Shown here: one piece after another, positions 61,285 to 64,000 of the stretch
How positions within the stretch are numbered: the first letter of the stretch is position 1
Layout: each line of letters begins with the position of its first letter
Notes under the pieces: generated by a model
Seen by the model: the letters and a program-made list of their open reading frames with translations, nothing else
Databases searched by the model: none
Told to the model about the DNA's origin: nothing
Assembly: GCA_963715865.1 (NCBI GenBank)
Contig: OY970280.1
Location: 2,290,844 to 2,354,843 of the forward strand
Reading direction: 5' to 3'
Origin: Candidatus Bathyarchaeota archaeon
GTDB taxonomy: Archaea > Thermoproteota > Bathyarchaeia > Bathyarchaeales > Bathycorpusculaceae
Length of the DNA: 64,000 bases
Made by a program: the position numbers and the translations under genes

Positions 61285-62613
61285 TTGATTTTACTTATGA
61301 CCGCTGCCCCACCTTTGAAATCGCCTTGGGATATGGCGGGGAAGCTTCCTCCACTGGGGTTAGCTTATGTTGCTGCAGCTTTAGAGACGAACGGCTTCCA
61401 CGTAGAAATTCTTGACAATTACCTGCTTGAAAGACCAATTGAAGAGGTTAAATTGGAAGTGAGAAAGCATGCCCCAGAAATAGTGGGCATAACCTGCAGT
61501 TCTCTGACTTATACGCGCTGTATCGAGACAGCTAAAGCAGCCAAAGAAGCATACCCATCCTGCAGGGTAGTAGCGGGAGGACCGCATCCCTCGTACATGC
61601 CACAAACCATGCTGCAACACGAAGAGATAGATTACGTGGTTATTGGCGAGGGAGAGCAGGCAATGGTGAAACTCGCCGCCAGCATCATGAAAGGCGAAGA
61701 AAACGCGGCGATTGCCAAAATTCCAGGTGTAGCATGCAGGATTAACGGCGAAGTAATCAAGAATGCGCCTGAATTCATCAGTGATTTGGATCAAGTTCCC
61801 TTTCCAGCGCGTCATCTGCTGCCAATGCAAATGTACGACCGTGCACTAAGCTATTTGAGTGTTAAACCTGTCGATACCATGAGCATACTGCGTGGTTGCC
61901 CATACAATTGCGCGTACTGCGAAACTAGAGAATTATGGGGAAACACTTGTCGAGCCTTCTCGCCCCAAAGAGTCACAGACGAAATAAAGCACATGGTTGA
62001 AAACTATGGTTCAAGGGGAATCTACTTCGTCGGCGACAACTTCACCATAAACAAAAACCGTACAGCTGAGCTGTGCAGACTAATCAGAAATAACAGAATA
62101 GACGTCAAATGGATATGCGAAACCAGAGCCGACCTTATCTCCAAAGAGTTGCTTGTTGAAATGAAATCTGCTGGCTGCCAAACCATATTCTTCGGAGTGG
62201 AGTCCGGTTCACTTCCAATCCTGCAAAAGCTAGGCAAAAACATCAATTTGCAAGAAGTCGAACATTCTTTCGAGCTTTGCAGGCAATTGGGAATACGAAC
62301 GGCCACTTCTTTTATGCTGGGCATCCCTGGTGAAACAGTTAACGACATGAAAGCCTCATTCAAGTTTGCAAAGCACCTAAACGCGGACTGGTGCCAATTC
62401 AACATTTACGTAGCGTGCCCCGGCAGCAGACTGTACGATGAAGTGATGAGCCAAGGCTTGTACGACCAGATGGATAACTATTTGGCAAGGGTAAAAACCA
62501 AAGAATTCGATTACGAGATGCTCGTCAAGATTCAGCGGGATTTTCAGCGAAACTGCCAGAAGTCGGCGGCGTCTAGGCTGACGCGAGTAATAGCGCGCAT
62601 AAGTGGTCATTAA
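61285..62613 (+). CDS. Cobalamin-binding radical SAM enzyme (7 of 7; closest to 58592-59968)
   Basis: MILLMT.APP, PPLGLAY, GGPHPS; RGCPYNCAYC.ET..LWGN.CRAFSPQRV. Confidence 0.93.
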   Translation: MILLMTAAPPLKSPWDMAGKLPPLGLAYVAAALETNGFHVEILDNYLLERPIEEVKLEVRKHAPEIVGITCSSLTYTRCIETAKAAKEAYPSCRVVAGGPHPSYMPQTMLQHEEIDYVVIGEGEQAMVKLAASIMKGEENAAIAKIPGVACRINGEVIKNAPEFISDLDQVPFPARHLLPMQMYDRALSYLSVKPVDTMSILRGCPYNCAYCETRELWGNTCRAFSPQRVTDEIKHMVENYGSRGIYFVGDNFTINKNRTAELCRLIRNNRIDVKWICETRADLISKELLVEMKSAGCQTIFFGVESGSLPILQKLGKNINLQEVEHSFELCRQLGIRTATSFMLGIPGETVNDMKASFKFAKHLNADWCQFNIYVACPGSRLYDEVMSQGLYDQMDNYLARVKTKEFDYEMLVKIQRDFQRNCQKSAASRLTRVIARISGH

Positions 62614-62622
62614 TTCTTTTTT

Positions 62623-63060
62623 GGCTTGATTTCGCGAATGGGGCTGTTTTCAGCGTTTAGTACGTGAAGGTTGCGATGCTGTTGGCAAGTTCTGGCCTGC
62701 CTATTTTGTGGGCTGTGATTGCCACGGCGTATATGCACGCGAAGCATATGGCTACGTGCATCCGGACTTTGGCTACTCCTCTCCAGCGCAGGTTCTCCAT
62801 CATGAGCTCGAGCTTTCCAGCCTTGAAGTTTCTTTCAACAGCCATCCTCAGCCTATACAAAGCCCACCAGCCTCGGGTCGCCCTCAACCTTGAAGCCTTT
62901 CGTCAACCACAGGCTTATCAGCGGGTCCTTCACGTTAGGCGGGTAAGGAATGATGACTTCAGCCCCCATTTCCCTTATGGCTGCGAAGATGTCGGCTGAG
63001 TAGTACTGCCTGTCGGCTATGACGTGGCTGACGCGCTTTCCGCAACGCTTGATCAGGCGT
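62623..63060 (-). mobile_element. 3' remnant of an IS4/IS5-type DDE transposase with a putative terminal repeat; +1 frameshift
   Basis: VIADRQYYS..IF..IREMG...IIP...G(T)LYRLRMAVERNFK...LRWRG..KV..H. There is no 5' half. Confidence 0.7.
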
Positions 63061-63360
63061 GAAGTTATCTATGAGGGGGAGACTTGTGGAGCATCCGTTT
63101 GGCACGATTAAGAGGGCGTTTAATCAGGGCTATTTGCTGCTCAAGGGTTTACGGAAGGCTGGAGGTGAGGTTGGTTTCTCTATGTTGGCTTATAACATGA
63201 GGCGGGTTTTGAACATTCTTGGACCAGAGATCATGCGGGTTTTTGAGTGATGGTTGGGGAAAAAGGGAAGAAAAAGGAAGAGAAATCTTTCAGTAGTTGC
63301 AAAAGCTGAGAAAATATCCGGTACGCAAAGCAAAATATATTTGCTTTTTCACACGGTCTC
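63059..63360 (+). mobile_element. 3' remnant of an IS1182-family transposase with its right end
   Basis: VEHPFGTIKR...LKGLRK..GE...LAYNMRR; ends TTTTTCACACGGTCTC, which resembles IS1182 right ends. Confidence 0.75.
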
Positions 63361-63716
63361 AACACGCATGCGCGCTGAAAGCTGTTACCGCAAGTTTTAA
63401 ACCATGAAACAGACAATATGCAAATTGAAGTGAGAAAAGAAGCCGCTGGCAGAGGCTCAACTGACCAAGGCTATCAGACTCACGCAAATCGCACGCAAAC
63501 AACAAATCCCTCGCAAACAAGTTGCATGCGACCAAAAAATCGCTATTTCTCTCCCAAATAAAACAGGGCAATCTTAATCAAGTTTAGCCGCCATAAGTGG
63601 CTCAACTTCACTTCCAAAACTAACAACAAAGCAAAAGATGAGACGAGAGGTGAAAAAGATGAACCGGAAAAATAATAAATAAAAACAGCACAGCGCACGC
63701 GCTATATGGTGAAAGA

Positions 63717-64000
63717 ATGAAGCATGGGGCAACAAAGACTTTGAGAGTTGGCTGCAGTACTTTTCGTTATTTATTTCCTGTTCTGTGCTTTCGCATTATT
63801 ACCTCAGCCAGTTGAAGCAGCAAAGACGGTTACGACGACGGTAACCGGTTTAAGCGATCCTTACGGGTGTGGCTGTAACGCCCAACGGCGCATACGCCTA
63901 TGTTACAAATACTGGGCAGCGATTCGGTCTCGGTGATAAGCACGGCTACGAACACGGTGACCGCGACGGTAACCGTTGAAAGTGATCCTTTCGGTGTGGC
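63717..64000 (+). CDS. Secreted YVTN-repeat beta-propeller protein, partial, with +1 frameshifts
   Basis: Signal peptide, then SDPYG-VAVTPNGAYAYVTNTG-SDSVSVISTATNTVTATVTVESDPFGVA after removing one G each at 63865-67 and 63914-16. The start is 63717 or 63748. Confidence 0.75.

Noticed and set aside
84-63936. Many 60-200 aa ORFs in the track that overlap real genes on the other strand or frame (e.g. 1347-1706, 9972-10532, 16762-17208, 31379-31885, 45103-45702)
   Set aside because: They are shadows of well-supported genes, with no motifs of their own.
1-64000. CRISPR array, rRNA or provirus
   Set aside because: No spaced repeats, rRNA signatures, capsid or integrase genes were seen.

Overview
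This is an archaeal window. Its gene families suggest Bathyarchaeia, which is an inference and not a database result. Positions 1-14 kb are mostly housekeeping: purL-purS-purM, two stand-alone receiver proteins, tRNA-Gly(CCC), a TRAM protein, a GPN GTPase, RidA, a bacterial-type MetK, a CinA-like protein, HtpX, an AsnB-like synthetase and a nitrilase. From about 14 kb to 63 kb is a dense accessory island. It encodes ten radical SAM enzymes: seven cobalamin-binding, two SPASM and one HemN-like. These are interleaved with membrane-anchored surface proteins (four PQQ-like beta-propeller proteins, two Ig-like proteins and a partial YVTN propeller) and two GT-C-like membrane glycosyltransferases plus DUF1616. 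The island also holds apparent cofactor-supply genes: cbiZ, cbiB, an MtrH-like methyltransferase with a small corrinoid protein, a ferredoxin and an orphan RnfD-[4Fe-4S] fusion. Its regulators are two membrane-tethered wHTH proteins and a tandem Lrp. Most families occur as diverged pairs, and a 'surface protein -> <- B12 radical SAM' layout recurs. Two IS remnants lie near the right end. At least six single-base +1 insertions break reading frames, most likely sequencing errors. All family assignments come from reading motifs by eye.
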